A model generated the notes under the pieces. It was not told where the DNA came from. It saw only the letters and a program-made list of their open reading frames with translations, and ran no database searches. DNA of 64,000 nucleotides from an uncultured Candidatus Saccharibacteria bacterium (GTDB lineage: Bacteria > Patescibacteriota > Minisyncoccia > UBA6257 > Colwellbacteraceae): positions 73,049-137,048 of the forward strand of contig CAZXPC010000002.1 of NCBI GenBank assembly GCA_964643135.1. Direction: 5' to 3'. Made by a program: the position numbers and the translations under genes. How positions within the stretch are numbered: the stretch's first letter is position 1; the number at the start of each line of letters is the position of its first letter. Shown here one piece after another: positions 48,401 through 56,671 of this stretch.

Positions 48401-51038
48401 ATTTACCATGCCGATCGTGATTGATGCGACAGGGGGTAAGATTACCCTCGTTGACGCCCTCTCTATCTCGAATACTTTGACCTTAACCAATGGAACTTTA
48501 GACGCTAACAATCAAGCCGTCAGCGTTACGACATTCGATGGGTCGAACAGCAATACCAGGGGTCTTGTTATGGGCACCGGCACCTGGACTTTGAGCGGCA
48601 CGGGCACGGTTTGGAACTTATCGACCACGACCAACCTTACATATACGGCACCGACAAGTCCCGGCCTTATCACCATGAACGGTTCGAGTACCAGCGCTAA
48701 GAATTTTAACGGCGGCGGTTTGACTTACTATAACGTCTCGGTAAGCAACGGCACAACTTCGGCCTCGACCACATCAATTGACGCTTCGAATACGTTTCAG
48801 GACTTGACCGATTCGAGTGCCGGAGTTTTGACAATCGCGGCGCCCAGCACTGTTAACGGTAACTTTAATTACAGCGGCGCCGGCGGCGTGACTCTTAATT
48901 CCGGTACGGGCCCGCTCAGCGTAACCGGAACTTTCGCCGCGACCGGCGCGGTAACGATTAACGGCACCAGCAATGCTTTTCATAGCACTGCAGATATCGG
49001 GAGCGGAGCGAACGCGGTAGCGATTAACAATGCCAGCAACCATTTCTACGGCGATGTGAATTTTAATAATACCGGCAACTTAACTATCGCGGGCGGCAGC
49101 AATACTTTCGACGGGTCAGTCAATATCGCGAGCAACGGCACAGCCACGATTAGCGGTACCAGCAATACTTTCGGCAACAGCGTGACGAACAAGACCTTCA
49201 AGGTAACGGGTACGGGCGGGATCACTATCAACGGGTCGCATTTCTTCGGCACGGGCTTAACCGGCTGCGTGGTTGGAGGCATAACTCAGGCGAGCAACTG
49301 TTTCGGCGGCAACGTAACCCTGGCTTCGGGCAGCAATACTTTCGACAGTTCGTTTGGCACAACCACGGCGGGCGGCGGATCTCTAACGGCGAACACCGGC
49401 ACCACAGCCAACCTTTTCTCGGGAACGGTTACGGTCGCCGGCAACGCTGCTCTGAACTCAGTTACTTCGGATCCGACGGTTACATTCAGCAACACGGTCA
49501 ATATTACAGGGAACCTGACTCTCGGATCGTTTGCTCATTTCAACGACACCCTGACAGTGGCGAGCGCGAGCGCATCGACTATTACGAGCAGTAACGTGTT
49601 TGCCAAGGCGGTTAACTTTAGCGGCGCCGGCTTAACCATGACCGACAGCAATAACTTCTCGACCATCGCTTCGTCACTGAACGTGGCCGGAGCATTGTCG
49701 ATAGGCATAGCCAATAAATTCCACGCCACGGCTGTTTTAAATTGCACCGGCGGCAATGCGCCTGTCTGCGTAGCCGGCGGCGTGACTCTCAAAGGAGACA
49801 ACAATACTTTTGACGGTGCCTTGACGACTACTTCCAGCGGCGATTTGATATTCCATAATACGACCAACGACAACCTCGTTCACGACAACACCTTTACCGG
49901 CGCTGTCGTTGTTGCCGGAGTATTAACCATGAACACGACTCCATATAAAAATACTTTTAGCAGCACTCTCAATGTGGCCGGGAGTGGCGCCTCGTCGATC
50001 TCGGGCAAGGGCAGCGGTACGGCCGGCAATACCTTCACCAATGCTGTTTCTATAGCCGGCACGACTACAATTAATGCCGATAGCAATACTTTCAGCAGTA
50101 CGCTTGATATTACCGGGGCTCATAACTTAGTTTTCGCGGCGGCGGCCACGAGCAATATCTTTACCAGCACGGTTACGGTGGGCGGCATTTTGACCATGAA
50201 CACCGGCGCGAATAGCAATCAATTCCAGTCGACCACGACGGCTTTGAGTGTATCCGGCTCGGGCACCTCGTCGATCTCGGCTTCCAATATTTTCGGCTCG
50301 GGTTCGTCGGGGTCGGTGACGATCACCAATGCCACCGGTTCATCAACGATTGGCGACAGCAACGCTTTCCATGGACCATTCAGCTTTACCGGCACGAACG
50401 GCAGCGTGACGGTTGGTTCAAGCGCCGGGGGCAACGTATTTAGCAGCACTTTCAGTTATACCAATAGTGGACCGGCGTCTGGGTCAGTAACTTTCACCGG
50501 CGCGGGGAATAATGTGGCGAGCGGACTGACCACTCTGACCTTTAACGGCGGAGGACTCTTCAGTATCGCGGGGGCGAATACATTTCAAGATTTTACGGTT
50601 AACGGTTCCAGCATGATTACTTCCAGCTTCGCCAGTGACAATACATTTAGAGACTTTACATTCACGGGCAGTAATAGCGGAGGCATAACTTTCAAGGGAA
50701 CCGGCACTTCGACTTTTAGGAATTTCACAGTTGATACCGCTCCGAAAACCGTGAAGGTCCACACCGCCAGCACGCTCTCGATAACTAACGGATTCACGGC
50801 TACAGGCAGCCTTGCCGCCGCGGGGAGTCAGATCACTTTTTCCATGGATGGCGGAACGACCGGAGTTAACAGCTGGAATATTAGCGCTAATACCACGAGC
50901 GTAGGCGGCTTAAACGTGGCCGACAGCACCGCGAGCTTAACTGGTTCCACGCCGCATGGAGACTCATTTACCTGCAGCACCTTGAGTGAAAATTGTACCG
51001 GCATCGTTCACGACAGCGGCTGGACATTCACGCCATAG
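42423..51038 (+). CDS. Giant (2871 aa) FimT/GspH-like pilin fused to IPT/Ig-like domains and a long beta-solenoid-like repeat region
   Basis: G|FTLLEFLIV prepilin motif; 'DLRTVQSKA'; repeated 'WDVLVTN/WNVVVTN' domains with Cys pairs; many 'NTF.G.V' units. Confidence 0.85.
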   Translation: MFILKEKAQRLRGYRSGFTLLEFLIVSTVLVILAVVAINSFGGFSRKAAIDSAARAIISDLRTVQSKAVAGTDADSGGSADDWGICFVHAASGDYYQTVGAMIAASCKTTGYDTASGGVVQAKIFLPSGVTYSTADDWYTSPGFDAIVFNKISGTPSTTDNVIVITSSLADKITTVSSDGLITQTSVDITSVVPTSGINTNSAFQFTQINGHGFASGASVSLQRNIQGTVNTISCTGASVNATGTQITGATCNLTLDKPASCTGCHALAGKWDVLVTNTDTTSATLPGGLTVTANPPTVTTIVPTSTVNDDTSAHNTLTTVNGSNFQAGATVQLTRSGTTINCDTTSSTIVAGSISSVTCNDIGGALGASDWNVVVTNTLGDGASATCNPASCLTINNPTPTIAVGSLTPNRSSAGDSVDITLVGDSTANNGHNFATNAKVKWDCTSDCTTDASSTGISNVVVNWSTDTITATVASSLTTTAGSPHAVKVFNPTPGGGISTNSEPFTVSGGATFGITGLKTSGSCPGSASVTSNNAGSFAFDICGSGFSTISGDVKVTLHESGQPTITCSGFTVAANLITGASCDLTNVAVASDWDVWVTNLSTDSTAKCSDVGGTGPTPRCEVIVTAQGVSVGSITPANGIQFTWNQPILAISGTSFSGTPTVTLTNGGSTITCTGFTVASSTLLINGSCPITNTTAATTWTVHVIVGASDATCACFSIVTAANNATLTPIARFWFPAVGGSCGLSACGTGSWSTTNTLNWATTPTGLGTDGITPTTGATVPTTATDVYFTKNSFTADGETVTVSNPASASSLVFSGPDGVSKNITFTGGAEAITLGDATHDGSLNFQPSCPSTCTITRSGETGDINFKSGHVGQVANFAAKDTDPSSTQNSFGKVFFNNGGTYTFINPYNSNTAASNDIAILNSTTVNTNNNALIFGSLTFSSGTFNLGTSTVTLKDSGSTSWSVTGGTLNAASSTIAVSPASSGTNTFLGGGKTYSDVTFSSNNTNVTLDSDAANSTFNDITFSNTGTVAYGAASQATTAHDVKFNNTNQAVTVNGTANVFYGIVVKCQDTCAGDTGAFTLSSGSSSTFYKTAKFNNTTGGTSISGSNTFTGAVTSAGTVSITGSSNTFSSTLDIGGSGNLTVSASQTSNDYKAAVTVAGNATLESGNHFESTLTISGTTASSMAGASGTSANNFDDVVRFGGSTTIKGTNNTFAKTLCIGTNSGCTTGSGDLIFHNTTNDNLVHDNTFTGAVTVMGVLTMNTLPYANTFGANGHTGAILTVNGTTASSISGKGSGTAGNKFNGDVSIAGTTNINADNNEITGSFTTTGSSHVNNLVLTGSAGHDNKFDGAVTVDGVLNMNTSNTNTFSGAVTVNGTGTSTVSTGNTFDVGAPVIVSGALSLGSTNTFRSTVNITGVLTAVSTNHFDDSTHDTLTCNDAANPVNVCVAGTTLSSMTDSNTFAGNVKFSGVGGSARVTMGSGNQVNNQKTFKVMGSGNSSVIGTSLLPNSFTGTMYFGGQLTISGTNNTFGDTSGDTLTLNTGDLIFSSGASTNTFAGAVAITAGVLNMQGTTNTNTNQFLSTLTAGGSGASTISSGTSTGTKNTFAGLATFTGRLDVGNWNAFSATPTSLTVAGTGTSTMGQDNSFSGAVSFSNAGSDLTLAATSGHTNTFSGALTVSGTGAFTGTAYANNTFSGAVNIANSAMAVGLNTWNTGSSLTLTGASPALSGGNTFKDVTLSGGGTATVTGTNSFVNLTRNPAAAATSDGITFPASVTQTVSGTLTLTGHDLGSRLFVTSGTPGTRATLSAATVALSNSNFQDIAATGTGTKTGPACDDVAVSTTWCGVSLGDNGNNTGIHFSATKTWYWKSAGNTGNWSDSSKWASNSAGTTLCTCVPLPQDTSIFNANSFNTGSQIIHVDVSRIGAIDFTGVTNAPQISFDTATTIMGDPATNDNNIITMTSGTGSPTIAGTTALTFGNVGVRKKITSATKTFTMPIVIDATGGKITLVDALSISNTLTLTNGTLDANNQAVSVTTFDGSNSNTRGLVMGTGTWTLSGTGTVWNLSTTTNLTYTAPTSPGLITMNGSSTSAKNFNGGGLTYYNVSVSNGTTSASTTSIDASNTFQDLTDSSAGVLTIAAPSTVNGNFNYSGAGGVTLNSGTGPLSVTGTFAATGAVTINGTSNAFHSTADIGSGANAVAINNASNHFYGDVNFNNTGNLTIAGGSNTFDGSVNIASNGTATISGTSNTFGNSVTNKTFKVTGTGGITINGSHFFGTGLTGCVVGGITQASNCFGGNVTLASGSNTFDSSFGTTTAGGGSLTANTGTTANLFSGTVTVAGNAALNSVTSDPTVTFSNTVNITGNLTLGSFAHFNDTLTVASASASTITSSNVFAKAVNFSGAGLTMTDSNNFSTIASSLNVAGALSIGIANKFHATAVLNCTGGNAPVCVAGGVTLKGDNNTFDGALTTTSSGDLIFHNTTNDNLVHDNTFTGAVVVAGVLTMNTTPYKNTFSSTLNVAGSGASSISGKGSGTAGNTFTNAVSIAGTTTINADSNTFSSTLDITGAHNLVFAAAATSNIFTSTVTVGGILTMNTGANSNQFQSTTTALSVSGSGTSSISASNIFGSGSSGSVTITNATGSSTIGDSNAFHGPFSFTGTNGSVTVGSSAGGNVFSSTFSYTNSGPASGSVTFTGAGNNVASGLTTLTFNGGGLFSIAGANTFQDFTVNGSSMITSSFASDNTFRDFTFTGSNSGGITFKGTGTSTFRNFTVDTAPKTVKVHTASTLSITNGFTATGSLAAAGSQITFSMDGGTTGVNSWNISANTTSVGGLNVADSTASLTGSTPHGDSFTCSTLSENCTGIVHDSGWTFTP

Positions 51039-51077
51039 TTTCATTATCAAGCTTAAATTTGTGATATAATCTGACTA

Positions 51078-53327
51078 ATGGATAAATCTTTGAGGCGCGG
51101 CCAGCTTATTTTGGAAGCTCTGATGGCTATTGGCGTGGCCGCTATTGTGGTCGGCCTCAGCGCCGGAATTTTCACGATCAGTTTGCGCGGTAACAAAGTA
51201 TCATTAGAGCGCGATATCGCGACCGGCCTGCTCGCCGAAACCATGGATGCCGTCAAGGCAATCGGTTTTGAGAAGTGGCTGAATCTATCTAACCCGATTG
51301 ACAACACCAATACAGGCACACCGAATAAGGGGACAGGCAATCTTTATTTTATAAGCCAATCCGATTCTTCGAACGCCTTTCTTTTAGCCAGCCAGGCGCC
51401 GAGCGCAGCTCCCAATTGGCAGGCTACGTCGTCTTCATCGCCGCGGAATGTTTGGGCAGTCGGTTCGGCCTTGTCGAGCAAGGGCCAAGCCTGGAAATGG
51501 GACGGAGAAAACTGGATTGATTATTCATCGGACAGCGGCGGCGTCTCTTATTTTGGCAATGTTACCATGAACGGGGTCTCGGCTGTTTCTCTCAACGAGG
51601 TGTGGGCAGTTGGCGATACCGCCTCATCGAACTTCAAAGTTTTTAAATTTGACGGCAATGGGTTTGTCGATGAGCACGGCAACTTAACGAGCGGCGCGGT
51701 CAACCTCAATGACGTTTCGGCTCCCGGTTCAACCTCTTCTGATAAAACCAGGGTTTGGATTGTGGGGGACGGCGGTTTTGTCAGATTTAATTCGGGCCTA
51801 ACGACACCTAGCTGGAGTAATAAAGGGTATTCCGGGAGCGCAAATCTTTTCGGCGTTTCCGGGGTTGTCGATGCCGCTAATAATAATGCCGACGATGCTT
51901 TGGTGGTCGGCGCGAGCGGCACGGTCAAACTCTATAACGGTAAAGATGATGCCTGGACGGATCACACTCCGGGTGCCGGGGTGAGGTGGTCCACCAACAC
52001 TATGCGCGGCGCTTCCATGATCTCGACCAAGGATCTTTGGGTAGCGGGCGATGGGGGCAACGTTTGGAGTTACAACGGCACTACCTGGACCAGCCGCTCA
52101 AGCGATACCGGTGCCAGTTGGGGAGCGACTAACTTAAAAAAAATAACGGCTTTTAATGACAACTATGTTATCGTAACAGGCGCGAGCGGCAACGTGTGGA
52201 CTTGGAATGGTTCGACCTGGTCTAATCTCACTCCCGCCGCGGGCACAAAGTGGGACTCAAATACCATGCGCGTTTCTGATAGGTTCTCAACGGACCTCTG
52301 GTTTGTTGGAGACAATGTCGGAGGCAGCCAGGTGTGGAGATACCAGCCGGTCAAGTGGACGATTGGTTCTTGCGGCGGATCAACTTGCACGGGCACTCCG
52401 CCGGTTGATCAGGTTACCGAAAACGGCGTTACCTATAACCGCCACTTCTTTATTCAAAATATTTGCCGCTCTACTTCTGCCAATACAATTATCACCGGCC
52501 CGACCGACAGTAACGGCAATGATACAGCATGCGTCGGCAGCACGGGTTCACAAGATCCGTCAACTTTAGGTGTTACGGCTACTGTAACCTGGGCCGGCGG
52601 CAGTGTTTCTTCGTCTGACTATGTAACGAGGTGGGCTAATATTGCCTGCACCCAATCATCATGGAACGGTAGTGTTGTAGCGGATCCCAACGACGCCAAA
52701 AAGAACACTAATGTCTCGACTTGCGGCACGAGCAACTTTTCGAGTATCACTACCGATACGACTCCGCAGCATAACGCGCAATTGGCTCAATCGCCAAACG
52801 GCAATTTAGCCATTGGCAGTGCCGAGACCAAGGGAGGGACATTTACCTCGGGTGTTTTCGATGGAACTCTCTTGCCCTATAACCAAGCGCAAGGAGGCGC
52901 GTTTCCGATCGCTTCGAGGGGAGTAACTCTAAATTCGCTAATATGGAATGGCAGCAATAGCATCGGTTCTGGAGCGGTTAGGATTGCCGTTGCCACATCG
53001 AATTGCCCTAATGCCTCGACCAATGACGGGACTCACTCAGGCGATACCGGGACATGCCTGCCCGCCGGAACTTGGAATTTTGTGAATGAGTCGGGTGCCG
53101 CCGTTGGTTATGATGCGTCGAATTGCAATACCCCCGCTGGGAAATGTCTTTTGACGAGCAATTTTATGACCCCGGACCCGGGGAAGTTTGTGAAATTTAA
53201 TAATAGCAGTTTTACTAACACAAGATATTTTCGTTTTCAATTTACACTTTGCCGCACCGCTGTTTGCGCAGTATCTGTCAGTGCCCAGCCAACATTTAAT
53301 TCTATTACCATCAACTATTCTCCCTAG
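51078..53327 (+). CDS. PilV-like minor pilin with an inserted beta-propeller-like domain
   Basis: G|QLILEALMA; repeated 'VWAVG/VWIVG/LWVAG...WNG..W' blades; pilin-like 'YNRHFFIQNICR...VTATVTW' resumes afterwards. Confidence 0.75.
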   Translation: MDKSLRRGQLILEALMAIGVAAIVVGLSAGIFTISLRGNKVSLERDIATGLLAETMDAVKAIGFEKWLNLSNPIDNTNTGTPNKGTGNLYFISQSDSSNAFLLASQAPSAAPNWQATSSSSPRNVWAVGSALSSKGQAWKWDGENWIDYSSDSGGVSYFGNVTMNGVSAVSLNEVWAVGDTASSNFKVFKFDGNGFVDEHGNLTSGAVNLNDVSAPGSTSSDKTRVWIVGDGGFVRFNSGLTTPSWSNKGYSGSANLFGVSGVVDAANNNADDALVVGASGTVKLYNGKDDAWTDHTPGAGVRWSTNTMRGASMISTKDLWVAGDGGNVWSYNGTTWTSRSSDTGASWGATNLKKITAFNDNYVIVTGASGNVWTWNGSTWSNLTPAAGTKWDSNTMRVSDRFSTDLWFVGDNVGGSQVWRYQPVKWTIGSCGGSTCTGTPPVDQVTENGVTYNRHFFIQNICRSTSANTIITGPTDSNGNDTACVGSTGSQDPSTLGVTATVTWAGGSVSSSDYVTRWANIACTQSSWNGSVVADPNDAKKNTNVSTCGTSNFSSITTDTTPQHNAQLAQSPNGNLAIGSAETKGGTFTSGVFDGTLLPYNQAQGGAFPIASRGVTLNSLIWNGSNSIGSGAVRIAVATSNCPNASTNDGTHSGDTGTCLPAGTWNFVNESGAAVGYDASNCNTPAGKCLLTSNFMTPDPGKFVKFNNSSFTNTRYFRFQFTLCRTAVCAVSVSAQPTFNSITINYSP

Positions 53328-53330
53328 ATT

Positions 53331-54035
53331 ATGAAGACTAATCCGAAGAAAGGCTTCAGCTTGATTGAACTCCTTATTTATACGGCTCTTTTTGCCGCTA
53401 TTTCCATTTTCACGACCGGAACTTTTATTTCGGTCAGCAAAGGAGCCGCTAAGAACACTTCTTCTTACGAAGTGGTCTCCAATATGCGGTTTGCCTTGGA
53501 AAAAATCAGGCAAGATGTCAAAAATTCGATTGCGATTATCAGCCCGGTGCCGGACCAATCGAGTTCGACCCTTAATCTTCTGGTTGATACCGTCCAGGTA
53601 GCGTACAGCATCTCGGGCGGAGTTCTCCAGAGACAGACAATCGACCCCGTTTCTGGCAGTGTTCTTACAACTGGCAATATCACGTCCAGTGATACCAATG
53701 TGACCAATATCACTTTCCGATTTTTTGATAATCCTGCCATTCCTTTAGGCGTGGATCTTGCTGCGAGTATTAATACTGATATTTCCGCAAAATATAACAG
53801 CGGTTCGCCTGACTACAGCTACTCCGGAGAGCTGAATCAAACAGCCCTGGTTGAGGGCCGCTTGTCGGTCGAGAGAGGCTACTTCGGCAGTTATATCGGC
53901 GGCGGCGGCAACAACCATCCGACGAATTGTAGCAATGTATATAACAATTGGTGGCGAGAAATCTTCCTAAAAAAGGCCTATGCTCTATTACCGCCGTCAG
54001 GTTTCCCTTGCGTAGCCTCCGTGCCGCCACTATAA
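53331..54035 (+). CDS. PilW-like minor pilin
   Basis: G|FSLIELLIY; 'RFALEKIRQDVKNS'. Confidence 0.8.
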   Translation: MKTNPKKGFSLIELLIYTALFAAISIFTTGTFISVSKGAAKNTSSYEVVSNMRFALEKIRQDVKNSIAIISPVPDQSSSTLNLLVDTVQVAYSISGGVLQRQTIDPVSGSVLTTGNITSSDTNVTNITFRFFDNPAIPLGVDLAASINTDISAKYNSGSPDYSYSGELNQTALVEGRLSVERGYFGSYIGGGGNNHPTNCSNVYNNWWREIFLKKAYALLPPSGFPCVASVPPL

Positions 54036-54036
54036 A

Positions 54037-54873
54037 ATGAAGAATAGGAAATTTAAAAAAATCGAGGCTTTTGTGGCGGTGCCGGTGGTGCTGGTTTTAG
54101 CGATACTTATGATCTCACTGGGCGGGCTGGCGCTTTCGACTTCTTACAACAACATAATTTCTTCCGGCCAAGCGGCCACGGCCGCGCGTGCCTTTCTTTT
54201 TGCCGAAGCGGGGGCGAGGGACATTTTGGGTTTGCTCGCAGTTAATCGAGACTATTGCGGTCTAGCCCAAGCATCGTGCACAACTAGTACGTCTCTTGCT
54301 TACGGCATCAATTTTAAAACCGGTGCATCCGGAAGCAGTGTCTGCGCCTCGACGAGTGATTTTACCGACGGCTGCGCCTTAGTCCGCCTCGAAGCGGAGC
54401 CTAATGATGCTTCAACTGTGGCCATAAGTTCAATGAGAATTGCAACCATAACCGGCCACCTTAAGGATGCCGTGCGGAAACTTGAATATGACGTGCTTTT
54501 TTCATCGTCAGGAAAGATTCTTAATATAAACCAAGCCGAGGTCCAGAACCAACCCACGGCTGCGACTGCCGGCGCAACCGGCGTAACTACCAATGGGGCC
54601 AACCTAAATTTGTTCACCAATCCGAACGGCAAAACAGTGACGGCTTGGTTCAGATATGGCACTAGCAACCCAACAGTTTGCAATGATACCGATTTTGGCA
54701 AGTCCACTAATCCTCCTACTTCGGGTAATTTAACCGGGACCAATCCGACATCGTATTCGGTGGGGATAAGCTCATTAAACGCGGGAACGGTCTATTACTA
54801 CTGTGCTATTGTTCAAGACACCGTGACTCTAACCAAATATTACGGCGACGTTCTTTCCATGCAGACTAACTAG
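54037..54873 (+). CDS. PilX-like minor pilin with C-terminal FN3-like domain
   Basis: A|FVAVPVVL (no Glu5), 'AFLFAEAG'; 'NPNG..TAWFRYGT...L.AGTVYYY'. Confidence 0.7.
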   Translation: MKNRKFKKIEAFVAVPVVLVLAILMISLGGLALSTSYNNIISSGQAATAARAFLFAEAGARDILGLLAVNRDYCGLAQASCTTSTSLAYGINFKTGASGSSVCASTSDFTDGCALVRLEAEPNDASTVAISSMRIATITGHLKDAVRKLEYDVLFSSSGKILNINQAEVQNQPTAATAGATGVTTNGANLNLFTNPNGKTVTAWFRYGTSNPTVCNDTDFGKSTNPPTSGNLTGTNPTSYSVGISSLNAGTVYYYCAIVQDTVTLTKYYGDVLSMQTN

Positions 54874-54885
54874 TTTTATTCTTGC

Positions 54886-55070
54886 GGAGCCGAAGGTGGG
54901 AGATCTCACGTCGTCGCTACGCTCCTCCCTAAAACCCAGCGGTTTTAGCTCGCGTCTATCGGCGCTTTTCCGCCACGGGAAAACTCCCGTTTTCCCGACC
55001 CCTTTCCCGTTCGATTCCTTCACCACCAAAATCAAAAAGGGAATGATTTAGCATCATTCCATTCTTGATT
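54886..55070 (-). repeat. tRNA-associated structured element, copy 2
   Basis: 16-bp direct repeat 54886-54901 = 55072-55087 (tRNA 3' end); core shared with 12469-12518. Confidence 0.8.
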
Positions 55071-55144
55071 TGGAGCCGAAGGTGGGAATCGAACCCACGT
55101 CTATGCTTTACGAAAGCATTGTTCTACCACTGAACTATATCGGC
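55071..55144 (-). tRNA. tRNA-Thr(CGT)
   Basis: ATGCT-TTCGTAA-AGCAT anticodon arm, GTGGG-TTCGATT-CCCAC T-arm, CCA; two acceptor mismatches. Confidence 0.85.
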
Positions 55145-55228
55145 TTTTTGGGCCCGTTAGAGATATTAATAGATTTGGTTTAAATAGACAATCTTGGATA
55201 TTAGCTCAATTTGCTTCATAATGGCTAG

Positions 55229-56194
55229 ATGGACAAGAAAGAAACAAATAACCTGGCCGATCTGATTGCTGACCTGGCCTCGAAGCTGGACATTCCGGCG
55301 AAAAAGAATCAGTTGAGAGAACTAGAGGGCGAGATTGGCGACCCGGATATTTGGCGGAACGATCGGGCTTTGGCCGAAGAAAAGAACAAAGAGGCCGGAT
55401 TTCTCCGCGATATGATTGAGAAGTTTGAAGCGATTAAATCGGTGGAAGATATCCGCGCCTTGGAAACGCACTTGGCGATGCGGGGCAAGTACGACAAGCT
55501 GGGGGCAATTATTTCAACTTTCCCCGGCGTGGGCGGGGAAGATGCAGCGAATTGGGCCGAAATGCTTTTGGCTATGTATGAACGCTATGGAGCCAAACGT
55601 GGCTGGAAAATGCGTCTCTTGGACGACAACGCTTTGGAAGTTTCTTCGCCTTTTGCCTATGGCTTCTTGAAAAAAGAAATGGGCGTTCACCGGCTGGTCC
55701 GAATATCGCCCTACGACTCAAAGAAGCTTCGCCACACGGCTTTTGCGCTGGTGGAAGTTGTGCCTGATTTGCCGCCGACTGATTCGGAAAATATAAAATT
55801 GCCGCCGGAAGATTTGAAGCTCGAATTTGCGCGGTCGGGCGGCCCGGGCGGACAAAACGTGAACAAAGTTGAAACGGCGGTGCGCATCGTCCACATTCCG
55901 ACCGGCATCTTTGCCGCGTCGCGCGCCGAGCGGTCACAGCAGCAGAACCGCGAAAAAGCGATGGCGCTCCTCAAGGGCAAGTTAGTAAAGTTGATGGAAC
56001 AGAACCATGCGCAGGAACTTTCCGAGCTGCGCACCAAAGTTAAGCCGGAGTGGGGAAACCAAATTAGAAGCTACGTGATGCACCCCTATAAAATGGTAAA
56101 AGATCATCGCACAGAAATGGAGACTTCAGACGTCGATGGGGTTTTGGCAGGGGACTTGGACAAATTTATCGAGGCGGAGCTTTCGATAAAATAA
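55229..56194 (+). CDS. prfB: Peptide chain release factor 2 (no frameshift, SPY motif)
   Basis: '[12 protein letters not shown]','[10 protein letters not shown]','[19 protein letters not shown]'. Confidence 0.93.
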   Translation: MDKKETNNLADLIADLASKLDIPAKKNQLRELEGEIGDPDIWRNDRALAEEKNKEAGFLRDMIEKFEAIKSVEDIRALETHLAMRGKYDKLGAIISTFPGVGGEDAANWAEMLLAMYERYGAKRGWKMRLLDDNALEVSSPFAYGFLKKEMGVHRLVRISPYDSKKLRHTAFALVEVVPDLPPTDSENIKLPPEDLKLEFARSGGPGGQNVNKVETAVRIVHIPTGIFAASRAERSQQQNREKAMALLKGKLVKLMEQNHAQELSELRTKVKPEWGNQIRSYVMHPYKMVKDHRTEMETSDVDGVLAGDLDKFIEAELSIK

Positions 56195-56201
56195 CTCCAT
56201 C

Positions 56202-56375
56202 CGCCTCCAGAAATCCGAATCTCCTCCTCGCTTAGCTCTCTCCTCGTGACCGTACTCGCACACTGTCTACAAGATAGCGCTCATGGCCGCTTGGCCCAGC
56301 TTTACTATCTTTACGACAGTATGCTCGCCAACTCGGGGGAGCTAGAGCTCAGGATAGATTTCGGATTTCTCGGCT
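56202..56375. repeat. Palindromic MITE-like element, family B copy 2
   Basis: Ends CGCCTCCAGAAATCCGAATCT ... AGATTTCGGATTTCTCGGCT. Confidence 0.65.
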
Positions 56376-56387
56376 CTGGTTGCTAAA

Positions 56388-56644
56388 ACTAGCTATATAG
56401 CCTCCGAACCGCCAGGCTCTGAAGCAACATCCCGCAGGAGAGTGGAGCTTGGTGCGCCGTTTTATATCTACGGCGACCACTCTCCGAGGGCGAAGAAAAA
56501 TCTGCCGCAGGAGCAGATTTATTCTGTTTGCTGAAGGGTTTGGTGGTGAGGGGGCGGAGGAGAGTTCTTATCGCGTGACTAATGACATTTCGATTTTTTT
56601 CTGATAGACTTGAAAAATAGTTCCTAGACGAGTATATAGCTAGT
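56388..56644. other. Multi-stem structured segment upstream of ftsE (candidate ncRNA or repeat)
   Basis: 12-bp IR ACTAGCTATATA/TATATAGCTAGT enclosing GGAGAGTGG/CCACTCTCC, CGCCGT/ACGGCG, AAATCTGC/GCAGATTT and CCTCCG/CGGAGG stems. Confidence 0.5.
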
Positions 56645-56671
56645 GTATATCCCGGTAACGCCAACAACAAA

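Noticed and set aside
42519-52569. Many antisense ORFs over the giant pilin and PilV-like gene
   Set aside because: Shadow frames produced by Thr/Gly/Asn codon bias on the coding strand.
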